Positions 27,420 through 41,800 of a stretch of DNA of 64,000 nt are shown here, piece after piece. Source of the stretch: Lama guanicoe (Eukaryota); contig MU054187.1 of the NCBI GenBank assembly GCA_013239625.1, positions 11,305,231-11,369,230 on the forward strand, read 5' to 3'. Every line of letters begins with the position of its first letter. The stretch's first letter is position 1. The translations under genes were made by a program, and so were the position numbers. The notes under the pieces were generated by a model. The model searched no databases. It had not been told where the DNA came from and was given only the letters and a program-made list of their open reading frames with translations.

Positions 27420-27959
27420 TTTCACATGAGTAGAAACGAAAATGATTTTCATTGACTGTTTCTGAAGTTCAGCCCGTGGCAAACAGTGAAGAGCTGTATG
27501 TGGGAATAGAGAATTTTCTGCTCTTAGCTGCGCGCCCCCCCCTTCCTCCTAGGAATGTTGGAAGCAGCCACGATCTAATCAAAGGAAGGTAGGAGTTTAG
27601 ATTTCAAAATGTAGATGTCACATTTCAGTGCAAACGACTCCTACATTAACACTCTATCAGTATGTCAAGATGAATTTTTTATCTCCTTGGTCGGGGGTGG
27701 GGGGTGCCTCACTGAGAAGATTGCACTCACTAGGTTGGCAGGAAAAGATTTTGAGTGTTTCTGTGCATCCTACAGAGGTCCCCATCATCCCCCAGGCAGG
27801 ATTGTGGGGGGAGAGTGGGGGGAGGACAAGTTGTTGTGAAAAGTAACTCGCAACTGGCCACCGGAATAATTCATTCCCTCCACCTTCTCTAGAGCACCTC
27901 CCACTTCTTCTCTCTTTATAGCCGTTCTTTCTCTCGGAAAATCTCAGGTTACTTGACTG
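27420..27959 (+). promoter_or_regulatory. SULF1: Putative SULF1 distal promoter (P1)
   Basis: Apparently repeat-free region just 5' of exon 1a, with G-rich tracts (~27690-27705, ~27805-27825), a pyrimidine-rich stretch and TTTATAG near 27915; TSS not determinable from sequence. Confidence 0.5.
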
Positions 27960-28269
27960 GGAGTTCTCAGACCTCCAGTTTCAGTCCTGCCCTCAGCCTG
28001 CAGTCGGTGAGAGACACCCAGCCCCAGCAATTGGATTGGGCAGCCTGTCTTGACACACCACTGTGCTGAGTGCTTGAGGACGTGTTTCACCAGATGGTTG
28101 GGGTTAGTGTGTGTCATCACATTCGAGTGGGGATTAGGAGCAGGAAGGCTGCCTTGCTGGAGCTGTGTGGTCTCCTCCAAGGGAGAGTCGCAGGCACGAG
28201 AACTCCTTTGCTTTTGGAAGAAGAGGAGGAATTCATTTTCTGCAGCCGCAAGGAAAGCAGTTTTTCCAG
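27960..28269 (+). other. SULF1: SULF1 non-coding first exon 1a (5' boundary approximate)
   Basis: GATTGGGCAGCC...GTGTGTGTCATCACATTCGAGTGGGGATTA...GAGGAATTCATTTTC...GCAGTTTTTCCAG matches the human SULF1 5'UTR as recalled; ends at donor CAG|GTAAAG (GT at 28270). Confidence 0.85.
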
Positions 28270-31090
28270 GTAAAGTAAAAGACATTCAATGCTTCTCTCT
28301 CTCCCTCGCTCTCTCTCTCAACAGAGTTTTGAATGGAATGCTAGCGCAGCACACTTGTCAGACCCAGTTGTTGCTCTCCTATCAATGCTGCCATTGTACG
28401 GCTGACAGATAGCAGTGAGCGTAGCTTGGTGCTTGGCTGTCTTTCGAGAACTAACACTCCTCATGCCTTGCTCTTGAAGGTGTAGCGAAGAAAACGTCTC
28501 TGGAAGCGGTGTTTGTACCCAGCCTTTAATATCCTCGTTACAGACTCAAATCAGGAGCTATACGTTGTTCACAAAGGATGCATAAGCCCAAGAAAGCATG
28601 TATCTTAGCGTCCAAAATTAAATTTCACTTTCAAACTGTTGCATTTTACTCCTCAATTTGTAAAGGTTCTTTTAAGAGTCTCTTACGGAGTGAGGGGCTG
28701 GCAGAGACAGAAAAGCTTTCTTCACCGATTTTTGCAGTGTAGATCCTGTCTGATTTGGGATGGACCAAAGCGTTTCTAAAACAAAGTGGAGATTGGCTCT
28801 AAAGTTGGAAACTCCTTAAGAGAAGGGGCAGCTGATAGAGCCGCTTTAAAACAAAAATGCTTAGAGCTTGAAGAAAAGCCGAAAAGGAGGAAGTAAGGAA
28901 ATGCTCTTTAACTTAGCCCTCTTGCAGCTGCAGGGGAGCAGATGGAGGTAATTCATTTGCAGATCTGTTTGTGAAAGTTTTACAAGTCACTGAAAACTAA
29001 AGTAGCATCTCTGTAATGGGTCATTAAAGTCACTACATTTATGGGTTTTAAACAGGCTAGCTCAAGTGTTAATTAAATGTAAATAGATTTTCTGGCTTGG
29101 TTATAAACAAACTTTAAAAAAAAAGGTTTTAATTATAAATTAGTCATTGGAAATTCATGGTCATCCAGTGCCCGAGCAACATGAAGTGAGTTGTCATCAT
29201 ATATGTAAGTAGCCGTTAACGTAACGGCTCTGCCAAAAACACAACCAAAATTAAATTGAACCGAATGCAGCAATGGGGTTTAGAGGGAACGCTTAATTTG
29301 TGGTATAACAAAGGCCTTTCAAGTGGATGCTCTGTTTTTACAGGGATCAAAAAATTTTTTTAAAAAGTTTTTAAGTTTTTGATCAAGCGAGGTAAGTCAG
29401 TGAGTCATTTCTGCACCCTAGCAGACCTGCCCTCCTCCCTCAGCGCTCAGATACCTGTGGTGCCCCCAAGAATTCTTTCTCCAACGGGACTTTCACGTTG
29501 GGTAGAGAAACCCAACACTGTCCTCACCTCTGGCAGGCGAGAGATCCTATGAATAATATTGTATATAAGCTATTCTGAAATAGGAGCTGTTTTGTACATT
29601 GAAGGACAGGATTTATGGCTAATGCTCTGGGATTTTTGTATTCAATGGCATAAAGATGCCTGCAAAATTCTGTTCCGAGTTGCATTACATATAATTTTTG
29701 CAGCAAGAGAGTTGGCTTTTTAAAATCCTCTTTTAAAATTTTAGAATTAAGATGAAAAGAATTTGTTATTAGAGTGTCCAGTTGTTCTTCAGAGTGTTCT
29801 CTGAAACAGCCTCAAAAATCTTCTCCAATGAGAAAACATCCTTATAAGTAATCAAGCGGTTATTACGACTGAGGATGATCCGATTTCCAATATTACATAA
29901 CCCAAATAGGACTGAGTTCATAAGCTGAAGTCTTTGGGAATTCCAGTCATTCCATTTCAGCTTTACAATGGAACTGGGGTTTAAAAAAAATACAGACAGA
30001 AAGTCAAACCAGTATGTGGCGTCGTGTCAGGGTTAGGACTGCACGCGCAGCCTGCGGCAGGGACGGTGCTGGCTACGGATGCCACTCCTTGATCACAGAG
30101 GTATTTCAGGAGAAAGTAAGAACCTTCTTGCTGATGGCTCTGCCTCCTGAGGTGTGGGTGATGCCATCTAACAAAAGCAAGTGGCTGTTTAGCCACGGGA
30201 GCCCCACAAGCATATGGTGCTAATGTTACAGACTGACAACCAGGCTGCCTGCCCAGGATTTTGGCAACACGGGAGAATTCCGCACCCCTTCCCGCAAAAG
30301 TCCGTTGGACGCAGGATTTAGGCAGGATGGAAGCAAGAAAGGAAGTGTTGAGAAATAATAAATTCACACCTTGAGAAGGCAAAGTCGTGTGTTTTTTCCC
30401 CCTAACAGGGCTAAGGTAGGGGGCAGTTACTTAGTGAACCCAAAGGGTCTGCTTCAATTCGGTGCCCTCAGGGCACTCCCAGCTTCTTGTCAAAATCTAA
30501 AATCCACTGCTCCAGATGGTAAACATTCAGAGACATGTTTATGGTGACTTCCACATAGCTCAGTTTGACATTTGGTTTCTTCCTGGCAGCACTTGGGCCG
30601 GTAACACACATGAAGTTCCCATCAGGAGTCTAACAGCTGTGGAAGTGTCTGGGCCCTGGGTACCCCTCCCAACGAAGGGAAAAAATCCCTGGGGGGTGGG
30701 GGAGGTCTCTATTAGCACAGTGGATGCATCCTGTGATCTAGGCACCCAGTAAGGTGACGAATCTCAGAGGCGAAAAGCAATCGGAACACTCGATCCATTA
30801 ACTTCCAAAACCCGCTTTGAGAGTGGAGTGGAAAACTAGAAGACATGAATCCAGATAGTCACTGAACTCACGGCAGATGATGAGCGAGAACCTTCATCAC
30901 AGAAATGAAAAGGCTCCACTCTTTCCTCCCGGGGAAGCTGATGTGACTTCAGGCAGAGTGTCGTGGTGGTTTCTGTTGTAACAGTAGAGCAAGTGTGACA
31001 CTTTACATTTCGTTCTTAAGTATATCCCCATATGGGAATGGACAGAGGCTTGCTTCTTTCCTGTTTTAGATTTTAAGTGGTTTATTCTTT

Positions 31091-31214
31091 TTCGTTTCAA
31101 TTTGTTTGGGGGCAGCTGGTATGAGATTTATTTTCATAGAGATATTGGGGGTTAAACCCTGGACCTCATGCATGCTAAGCGTGTACTCTACCACTGAGCG
31201 ATACCTTCCCTCCT
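31091..31214 (-). mobile_element. Vic-1-like SINE with 13-bp TSD
   Basis: Reverse complement of the SINE head (CTCTACCACTGAGCGATACC); TSD TGGTTTATTCTTT at 31078-31090 and 31215-31227. Confidence 0.9.
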
Positions 31215-31699
31215 TGGTTTATTCTTTAAAAAGCCATAAAGCAAGATTTCTGACACTTGAGTATTGAGATTTTGCCAACCATTGCCACGTGGATGAGGCC
31301 AACCTATGGGTCAGGTCAGGACATCTGGTTCTTTTCTTCCCCTGAGCAATATTTTTGTGTGGAGAGCATGGAGTAAATTTAAGGGGTTTAAAATGTTTAA
31401 GGAGCCGACTCTGAATAGATTATTCTTTTTAATCATCATTATTGACTTCAAGGACCAAGAGGCTTATATATGAAATTAAGTCTATGATCATAGGGTAAAT
31501 TTACCTTTCCTTTAGGTTAGATCCATGGGGGACAGGGAGACGATATTTGAAAGACAACATTTTATGGGAAAAGTTTGTCCTGAAGTATGTTTCCTATTTG
31601 AAATATTTTCAACTCTATCTCAATGTGCTGAGAAAGAGGGGAATTAGCCTGTGAGCTTTTTTCCCTCTCTAATAGTCCCCTAACTGCCATAGACAATCT

Positions 31700-32360
31700 A
31701 CCACCAAACTCTGTGAGCCCTTCCTTTAAAGTGTCACCCACATCTGGCCCACAGAGACCACACAGTGCAGTGATCACATCACACGTGGGTCATTACAGCC
31801 ACCTCCTAACTGGTCCCCTCGTCTCCACTTCCTTCTTCTGTCCACCAGTTGCGGCTGAGCTTCCTAAAACACTGCTTCCGTCAAAGCATTTCTCAGCTGA
31901 GAATCATCACCTGGACTTTCGTCGTCCACAGGATGATGTTTGAATTTCTCAGTCTGACGTGCTGGCCCTCCGCTAATGACTCTAGTTTTCCATTTCGTTG
32001 TCTGCAAAATAAGAGTTTATCATGTGTGCCATTCCTCTGGTTCTATGTGTATAAGCCTGCATGTAAAACACCCTCAGCACCTCCATATACTTATCCTTCA
32101 CAGCTTCTGCTTAAGTTCTGCCTCCTCCAGGAAGCCTCCCCTGACTACCGTATCTCCCAGTGATGTTTTCCTTGCCTTCAGGCTGACCATTAGTTATCTA
32201 TGGGCTGCACTTAGCACAATTACTTAATTTTTTTAATCTTACTTCTTCCTTTGCCTTTTTTATCCCTTGACTCCTCAGGTAGAGTAAGATCTCTTAAGAC
32301 AGGGCCTGGCCTGGTCCGCTTTTGTGCCTTAAGAAGACACTCATAAAGGTGTGTTGACCA
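31700..32360 (+). mobile_element. L2 LINE 3' region (degenerate)
   Basis: CAGCCACCTCCTAACTGGTCCCC, CCTCCTCCAGGAAGCCTCCCCTGAC and GTAAGATCTCTTAAGACAGGGCC are L2 hallmark motifs, in the expected order. Confidence 0.65.
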
Positions 32361-32669
32361 GCTCACAGGGACGTTCAAACAGCCAAGGCACTTTCCTCTC
32401 TAGTTACCCGACATTGGCCATTAACTGGCTCTAACGGCCTCCTCTCTACCCATAAGAGGAAAGGGGGGAAAATGGTGAAACTTGAGTGGTTGTATTTGGG
32501 GACAGCCAAGGAAAAAATGCCACTTGGGCAGAATGTGAAATTACAGCCCAAAATTAAGCTTGACTATTATATGAAAAATCCTCACCTATGTCAGCTTTCT
32601 ATAATTCTGTTAGGAATTACATCTATTAACCGCCCCTCTGTGGTATAAAATTTCAAATATGACTTTGGA

Positions 32670-32870
32670 AGCAGGAGAGTGCAGCCTTTGGGATCAGGCA
32701 GACTTGTGTTCCAGTCCAGGTACCACCTCTCACTATAGCTGCGTGGCCTTGGACAGGTTGCTTAACAGTTCGACTCCCTCCTCTGTAAAATGAAGGGAGG
32801 GCTTCTCACTTTGGGGAGGTTACTAAGAAAATTGCAAAGCCCCTAACTCAGCGCATGTGAGATAAATGGG
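32670..32870 (+). mobile_element. MIR SINE
   Basis: TTTGGGATCAGGCAGACTTGTGTTCCAGTCC...TAGCTGCGTGGCCTTGGACAGGTTGCTTAAC...CTCTGTAAAATG. Confidence 0.7.
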
Positions 32871-35800
32871 AGACAGAGAAGCTTCTAGGTGCCTGTGTAG
32901 ATATAGATCTGGCGTGCATGACTGTGTTCACCCCGGACATGCCAGTCATTCATATTCTCTATTTAGAGTGCATCTCCTCTTAGCCTTTTTCTCTGCCACC
33001 AAAGGTAGGGGGGTGGGAAAGAGGGAGAGGTAGAGGGGAGAGAGAGAGAGCAGAAGAGATGCTTTTGGCATTTAGGGATTTGGAGCAACTGAGTTAATGG
33101 ACCTGCAGGGACAATAGTAACAGATGAATACCCTTTGCAGGGAGAAGGTAGTCCTTGGTCCTGTATCAAAGGATAATCAAGAGCAGACGCTGGGCGGCGG
33201 TGCTGGGGGAACAAAGGGCCCGAGTAGTGGACCCTAGCAGGGAGCTGAATTCACCTAAGGGTCATGAGCTCCTCTTCCTCCTGGCCCACTGTTTAGAAAG
33301 AAATAATAACTTGGCAAAACATTGTAGAGAGTCAGGTCAAGCTTCCAGAAATAATTGGTAAAGCAAGATACCATTTAGACAAAACAAGGGGCTGGGACCT
33401 CTGCTGTCCTTTGACTTTAAACCAAATTTAACAAAAAGCTGAAAGCAATCAGCTCGAGCTCTGGTCTGTTCCAAATGCCCACCATAGAACCCTGAGCCGT
33501 CTATCTGCACCTTTTTCCCAGAAGGGCGGCTGCCCGAGGAATTAATCTCACAAAGCAATAAATGCCACCTAGCAAATACATCGTCGGACACTGGTCATTC
33601 AGTCTCAGTTGTCGGGACCTTGGGATAGATCAAAGGAGATTCCTTCCAATCCTGATCATCTGGTCTGCACCTGCCCCGGACCAGGGAGAGGAAAGAAACT
33701 GGAACTCCTCTCATGAAGAGCAAGGCAGTATTTCTGGAGATGCGTCCCTTCTGCGCAGCCAACACATCTATAGAACTTTCAGAAAGAAGCATTAACAGTT
33801 ACACAGTGTGACCTCATCTTCACCATAGCAGATAAACTATCTCCTCAAAATATGGGATTCATGTACGGCTGCCCAATAGTGTGTCCAAACTTTGTTAACT
33901 AAAAAAAGAGTAGCTCTCCACTTGACCTTCAAAGAGAAAACCTTTTCTTATACTCTGATTTCCCCTTTTCACTACACAACTACACATCTGTAGGAAGCTA
34001 TTCTTGCATTTTTCAAATTGTGACTCTAAGAAACTTGGACATGCCACCATTAACTGTGGCGGGTGAAGCTGGTAATGGACTGTTGTGTTGAATAAATGAG
34101 CAGATGCAACATGTTTCTGGGTGAAAGGGTGGAGTCTCCCAACAGCAATCTACAAATTTCACGTAGTAATAATCAAATTCTCACACAAGAGAGCTGGTGA
34201 TGGGAGCAGCATTTGGGAACAGGCAAGAGCCCAGATGGCTCCGGGGGAAAATAAAATTCTAAAGTCCACGTGGATAATAAATTCATGAATAAGACTGGAC
34301 ACTTTTGTAGGAGAAGAACCACAACAGTATGGCGACTTGTTTTTATCACAGAGCGAGTCAGGTTATAAAATGATAATAACTAGATTTTCTGTTCCTAAGC
34401 AGCTGACTCTGATGCAGACTTTTCACCTCCCTCCATATATTTCTGCTTTTGTTTTATTCTCCTCCGTTTTAATCTCTATTCCGTTGTTGGATGGTCCAAA
34501 TCTTCAGCTCAGCTACAAACTGGTTGCTAGAGAGACATTCTGTTGCTACAATTAATTGAAACATTGAACTAGTTTTTTTTTTTTTAATCACTTTGTTCTA
34601 TGGTTTTTCCCATCTGCGAATAGAATGCAACTTTTCCACTTCATGGAATAAGTTTGTTGCAAGCACTTGGGAAAATCCTCCTCTATTCCTTCCCTTGACA
34701 GAGGCCCCAAATACACCAATCGAAGCATCTTCCCATTTTTCTGAGCGATAACAGCTCATTCCTAACAAAATGGAAATCTGAATTAGAGTTTTGTTTACTG
34801 ACCAGTTTGGGGATATGGTGTTATAACTCATAGGCAACACCTGCTATATTAACTTAAAATAAAACGGAGGGTTAGACTATTACAAGATATTAGCTCTACC
34901 AGAGTCCTGGTGAGGAAAGATGAAATGTCCAGACGGTGCACGTATTGATAAGCTAATTTAGAACCGTGCACCTGTGGATGTTATCTTCAAACTCACATCA
35001 CTAATATGGCTTAGCATCAAAAATCACCTTTCTATATTATAACACGTCCTCTGCATAGACTTCCTGCCGGCTTAGAGCCTCCCTGTTGACCTTCACCTGC
35101 CGATAATCAATCTTCCCCTGAATAGACTGTCCGAGCACACAGATGTGGTTGGCGTTGCCGCCAGAAATTCTTGAAACTTCAGCTTTTAACTTTCATCTAC
35201 AGAAGTACAGCCTCCCCAGAAGAGACCCCTGCAAATCATGTGCTCCTTTTTCCCTCTTGAGAGCTTCATGCTGGTAAGAAAAAAAGAAAGAGTTCTGGAA
35301 ATAGCAAATGAGTCAAAGCAGAGGGTATGCCGTATTTTTTACTTGAGACACCTGGAGACTTCACATCTGTTATCCCCTCCTTTTCATATATGACATCTAT
35401 ATTTAGTAAAAGAGATCTGGGAGCTATGCTCAATATCAAACAGCTCCAATTACTTTCTGGCAGTTGAGCTGAGGTCCTGAGGAAGAGCCATGAGGTGTCT
35501 TTCTCTAACTAGAGCCAAAAGGAACTGGCTTAAGGAAGCTGCGTCAGTGTGTTCATTCATGTATTCCACGTGTATTCAAGAATTTCCTGTGTGTGTACTT
35601 CTATCCTAGGGCAGAAAGGAACACAAAATAACACAGGGCACCCTCCTTGCCCTGGAGGAATATCTGTTAAACTGTGAGGGGAAGACATGCACACACAGAA
35701 TTTTTAAGTAGTAATTCAAAGAATTTGGTGGTTAAGTACCAATTATTCATAGTCACTAAATTAAAGGGATGTCAACAGAGCCCCCTGTTGGAGGAGCTGG

Positions 35801-38800
35801 AACTTGAGCAGGGCAAGTTTGCTCCACATCCTTAAGCAGATGAATCAGAGCGGTGATTCACCTCCATTCTTTTCAAACTCTGCAGGGACAGTTCAGTTAC
35901 GCTCGTTCACTCAGTTTCCTTCTCTATGAAAAGGGGATATGGTGATCACAAAGATTTGTTACAAAGGTTAACTGAGAAAATAAAAGTAAGATGTTTAACA
36001 CAGTGCCTAGAGTATAGTAAGCATTCAGACAGCTATATATATATATATATTTTCCAAGATGGCAAAAAGCATCTCTCGAGTTAAGGCTTGGAGTTCAACT
36101 GTGTATATAGTTTTTAAACCAAGACATAGTATTTTTGAATCAGAGGATTTGCATAGATGCAGGTTGGGAATCCAAGAAAGGGAGGCACTGGACAGAGGAG
36201 AAGGAGGAAAGGGGGAGAAAAGAGGAGTCAGAGAGGAAGGGAGAGAAGACGAGGAAGGAGGGGGAGGAAGTATGGTCCTCGGTTGCCTCTACTCTGCACC
36301 CTTCTGTTTTAAGCACGTCATCTCAGCTATGTCAGGCCAGATTTGAAAGTGTCGTGACACATCGGGACATCAGGTAGAGGGGCCGGACTTTATATTAAAT
36401 AGATGCCTTGGGAAGTGTAAGCAGTAGGGTTTTCAGGAACAGGGAGAGAGACAGAGATAGACAGAGATAGCAATGGGGGAGGGACATACAACTGGGAAGG
36501 TGCCGGGAACCCAGAAAAGGAAAAAAAGTTGTCTGTCCCCATCAGCGACACTGTGAAGAACTAAATGACAGTATCAACAACTTGGTGGTTGGTCAAAGAG
36601 AGGAGAAGGAAAGACACGTGACAAAGATGACACCGGGGTATCAAGCCCAGGAAACAAAAGAATGGTGACATTGCCTAAGGAAAATGGGGGTGCTGGAAGT
36701 GAAATTTCATTCTGCAGCACCATAAATATCCCAAGCTATGGTTGGGATAATTTTACGATGCAAACACAGGTAAATATATGTGCATATAAATGTTTGATAA
36801 TATAATTTTAAACAGATAAAAGCTGACTTTCTGATCATCCGTGGACATACTATGATGCTTTTTATGACATAGTCCCCCTTATATAAAAAGAGTCTCTTCT
36901 CAGATTAAAAGTGTTTTTAAACTTTAGGGAAGTGATGAATTTTCAAGTCAGAACAACAAACTACTTCTGCAAAAGACCTATCATTCTCTTCTTTCAACTA
37001 AGAAAATGTTGGTGGAGAGGGATATATAATTTTATTAAAGAGAGCCTAGAGTCAAGAAAAGATGAAATATTTAAGTTGCTTCTGCTTATAAGCCTTCAGA
37101 TTCCACCTTGGTTGACATTGTTTTACAGAATGTATGAATGACTTATTTTACAAGTGACATAGACACTCTCTTTTTCACTCACGACAAAGACAAATCATTC
37201 TTAATTTTAAGGTTTGGGAAAGATTTGCCCACCCACCCCCCTGCCCTTTTTTCTAGTTCCTCTTGCTTTACCGTTTTCTTTTATGTGTTTCGGCCACACT
37301 TCATTTTAAGCTTCTCTCCAAAACAGGAGAACCATTCTACAGTCACGTTGTTATATTAAACCCATGAATGGTTTTCAAGATCGAGTATAATATAATTCAA
37401 GGCAGGAGACTGCGTTTGCCATTTCAAATTCTTGTACTAGACGTTGGGGTCGGGGGAAAGCGCAGCATGACTGAAAGAATACGTTTCTTGAGTCAGCAAG
37501 ATTTGGAATGAAAAATGTAGTCCTGTTGCTAGAAATTTGTGTGAATAACACTAACCTGGGGAGACCTGACAGCATTTTGGTTCCTCAAAAGAGACTTGGG
37601 TTCTGTTCAAGTTTTTAATGAAGATTTTGGCCAGTTTTATTTTACTCAACCGGGTTTTCTGAACCATGCTCCCAGGTTCCTATGGGAGAAATGCCAGGCC
37701 ATAGAAGTACTTGTAATATAGTTCTTTGTTAGCATTGCCGTGCATGAGGGTGGCATTGGCATCTCGGTATATATTCGGAAGTTATTCATGGCAGATGACT
37801 GGATTGGTCATTCTTGACACATCCATTTCCATGAACCAAAGGGAAAAGATACAACACACTAGAGCCATATTTGGAGCCACACACATCATCTGCAGTGAGC
37901 ACAGAAGTTGGGTTTAGCTGCCAAGCTTAACACTAGACCTCCTCAGCTGGTATCCACTCAGGTCAGGATGAGCTTGCACGGAGATTAGGGTATGGAACAT
38001 GAGCTGATATTCCTAACCTTCTTAATTTCAGGCTGTCTCATCTCAGATTTCAATTCAGGATTCCACTCCTCCATGTTCAGCTTGTCAACCATCTCAGGGG
38101 TGCAAAGACTTCTCGAATTGGCGGTGTCCCTGTAAGAAAAGAAAAATGAATGAGTGGAGGGGAGGGGGGAGAAACACCAGTCAAAACACATTCCATCACG
38201 GAGTTATGTTTTTTGACACAAAAATAAGGACAGAAAACAGAGAGGAAATAAGTTTTATGAAACACTTCATGTAGAGAGATTATTATTCTCATTAGTTATT
38301 TTGCTCCAAAATCAGCGATCCATTGAACCGCCCTTCTGGTCAGCCACACTAGCAGTCTCACAGGTGGCACTGGCGGGACTCCTCCAATCGCTTCTGCCAC
38401 TGTTCTGACCCCTTTGGAAGTTTCGAAAACTCCAATGAACTCCTTCATGTTTACTTGGCTTCAGGTAAATCACATTTCATCCTGGGCAAGTACTAAATTA
38501 AAATGTTACTAGCAATTAAATAAAATGTGCTGGATAGTGGCAGTACTGTTACAGCTAGGCAAAAAGCAGCATGATGGTACAGTGGAAAACACATTGGGCA
38601 CCTGGATTCTAGAACCTGACCACCATTAATAATGAGATATTGAGCAAAGTATTTAACCTTTCAGGAGCACGCCACCCTCAACCTCTTTACCTTTATTCCA
38701 CGGGTCCCTCCTCCGTCTAGATTACATTATTCTCCTTAACTGGCCGACTCTGCTCTTCCCTTAAGGCCAGTCTAATTAAATAAAACATTCTCCTTGAAAC

Positions 38801-41800
38801 TAAAAAGGGTGGTGGTGGGGAAATGAGGAAGGACTTTAATCCAGTTCTGCATCACCTCGTGCTTCTAAATGGAGCTCCATACTTCATCTCTTCCTTATTC
38901 CTGCTCATCCTATGTATCACTGTTAAACTAATCTTCCTTTAGCACTTGTTATCGTGTCCTTCCATGACTCCAAAATAGCCATCTTCCAGTTCTCTACAGC
39001 ATCCAGTCTAAACAAAGTACCAGCGTCTGAGGACCTGCGTAGTCTTTTCCAACAGATCCATCCCCCTTCCCCCCATGCGCTTTCTGCTCTTTACTAAGCT
39101 GGTCCAACATCACCTCAATTTACATCACTGACTTCTACCACTAAGGATTTGCTCATCCTGGTTTTCTGGGCAGGGGCTGCCCTCCCATCATTTGAGAATG
39201 TCCAAATCTCCCCCATCCCTGAAGAAAAATTACCCTGTTACCTCCAAGGAACTTTGTTTTTCCAACTATTCCCACCATTCATAATTTCCTTCTCATAGGT
39301 GATCTCCTTCATTCAAAATGCTGCCATGTAATTTTAGCTCTTAATTAAATATTAATGTTGCATTTAATGCTATTCTTCATAGATCTTTAAATATTGTTTC
39401 CTTTATTCTTAGAAACATTGAGGCGGAAGTTGAGTTTTAAACCTCTGCATCTCTCAAACCCAGCTTCAAGGTGCTATATCTAACATCTGCCACAGGTCTG
39501 TGTTGCACACTTGCAGTCAGGACGGTCAAGGGCAACTGGGATGGAAAATTGCATGTTAGTCACTGAGAAATTCTAGAGAAATAATAAACAGCAAATCTAC
39601 AGCTATACCAGGCAATTCTTTTGACACCGTGGAAAGTACTATCTCATGCACCAGTTTGCTGCTTAAATTTTTTCTTCCATCTTCTGCCCACATCACTCCC
39701 AGGACTGCATTCGAGCCAGCTGGATTCCATCCAGAAACAGATTCAAATAGACAATAGGCCAACTAGAATTCCCATCTTCCTTGATTAGATGTGAAATTGT
39801 AGAGCTGGGTGTCACTCACATGCCAGCCACTCAGGAGTCTGTTATCAATTAATTTCTCTGGAGAGCTGAATGGAGGGGACTGTGACAAGTCTGTTTTTAA
39901 AGGCTCTGTAACATTATGGCCAGACCAGAATTTTAGAGATAGTGCCAGACAGACAGACCTGTCCTACCTGAAGGAAAGTATTCACTATCTGCTGCATGTC
40001 ATAAATTAAAATGCTCTGTAAACTCCATAGTAAATCGTATTTTTTTTGTAGTGGGACTTGATGGTTAAGATTCTTTGGCTCGAAATCACATCCCCAAATT
40101 GTAGGACAACTTGCTAATGAGATGTGAGAAGTTTTAAACCACTTAGAGGAAAGAGGAAATTATCACACATTCTGTCAAAAGCTACTGGATCTTATTTTTT
40201 GTAGTTTTCTTAACTAGTCAGAATTAAGGGTAGAATTTCCAGGAAGGGCATGTAAGATATCACAGAAGCACAGGATGTTAGAGGTATACCTTAGAGGTCA
40301 TCGAAGTAAAATCTCTTATTTTACATCTGAGGAAACTGAAGCCTGCCTGAAAAATCGTAAAACTCATTCTTACCAAAGACAGTTCTATAAGCCAGGCTTT
40401 ATCAAGAAGTGCGAGGCATTAAATTCCACAAAGAGCAATGGGAATTCATGTGTCCGTTATACGCTAGAACTAAGGAGAACGTGAAAGTATGAACCCAGCT
40501 CTCTTTTTGGACCTTGAACCCTCTTGCTAGCGCTATGATGAATAATCAGGTCCTGCAGAGAATTCTAGGGACTGGAACAAATACCAGCAAAAGCATTTAC
40601 TGTTCAGATGGATTCTTTGCGGAAAATCCATTGTAACAGAAATACCCAAGCCCTGATCTGAAACCTTGTTTGTAAAGGCACTTTGTAACCTTTGCCAAAA
40701 GAATGCCACCCAGGGGGTGATGACAACATTCACCACCACTCCTTCACAACATTTTCACTTGAGTTGAATCATTGGAACTTGCGGTGTTTGAATAGGCAAA
40801 ACAGATACATCATTTCTGCACACCAGAAAGCTGCACCTAAGGAGCCAGTGGGTGGAGTAATGAGCCTGAGAACTCGTGTCTTCTAACTCCTACTTCTAAC
40901 TCCTACACAGCTTCATGCTTCAAGTGATTCAAAATACATACACACTAGGGAAACCTACTGTATTACTACAGTTGGGCTGTCTCTCAGTAACGTCACCCCA
41001 TTGAGAAATAAACATTTGTAACACATCCTCATATCCTGGAATTTTCCCAAAAGAAATGTAAGAACCATACTCTTCAGAGCTTAATAAATTATGTGGGTGT
41101 ATATCCCATTATATACCTACATAATTTATGTTTAAAATTGATTTATTTGTAAAGGAAGTAAAATGAATGATTATTGGCTTAGAAATGTATTTCATGGTCA
41201 TCAGCTTACATTTTTCATCTTGCACTATAAAGAATAACAATTCAATAATTCAAAATAGAGGCTTAATTTGGCCTACTTAAGTGTGGTTTTGAATTGTTTT
41301 GAAAACATAGTTTTGTTTTTCAAACGCGCTCTAGATTTCTTTTTATTGTTGTTGTATCTAAAGGAAGCCATTATGATTTTCAGAGCAAGGAAAGAAATAC
41401 GTCACAGGAAAAGTTATTTTGTATTTCCATTCAGATTGTTAAGTTACTGGCTATATTTCAATCCACTGGAGAATGTGATTGAAAACCTGGTTAGGATGAT
41501 AAAGAAATCAGGCTGACCAGTACGACATCTGCTGAGGAAAGGGGGTTTCTATTGTGAATGTGAAGGTCATGCAGCAGAATGATTATCTGTTTGTCATAGA
41601 GTTAAGCCTTGATTACAGTGTGTGCTGAGAAAAGATTCTACGAAAAATTATGTCTTTGGTCCATGAGAACACCTTTGTTCATACTATTTTCAGTTAAGCC
41701 TATACATTGACAATTTCTACAAAACATGCTTGAGTCTCCATTATTGTCTATAATGAAAACTTCACTTTCACTACGCAAAGGGAGTACCAGAAGAAATAAA

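Noticed and set aside
34935..34972. 8-bp inverted repeat GGTGCACG/CGTGCACC
   Set aside because: Short enough to arise by chance in 64 kb
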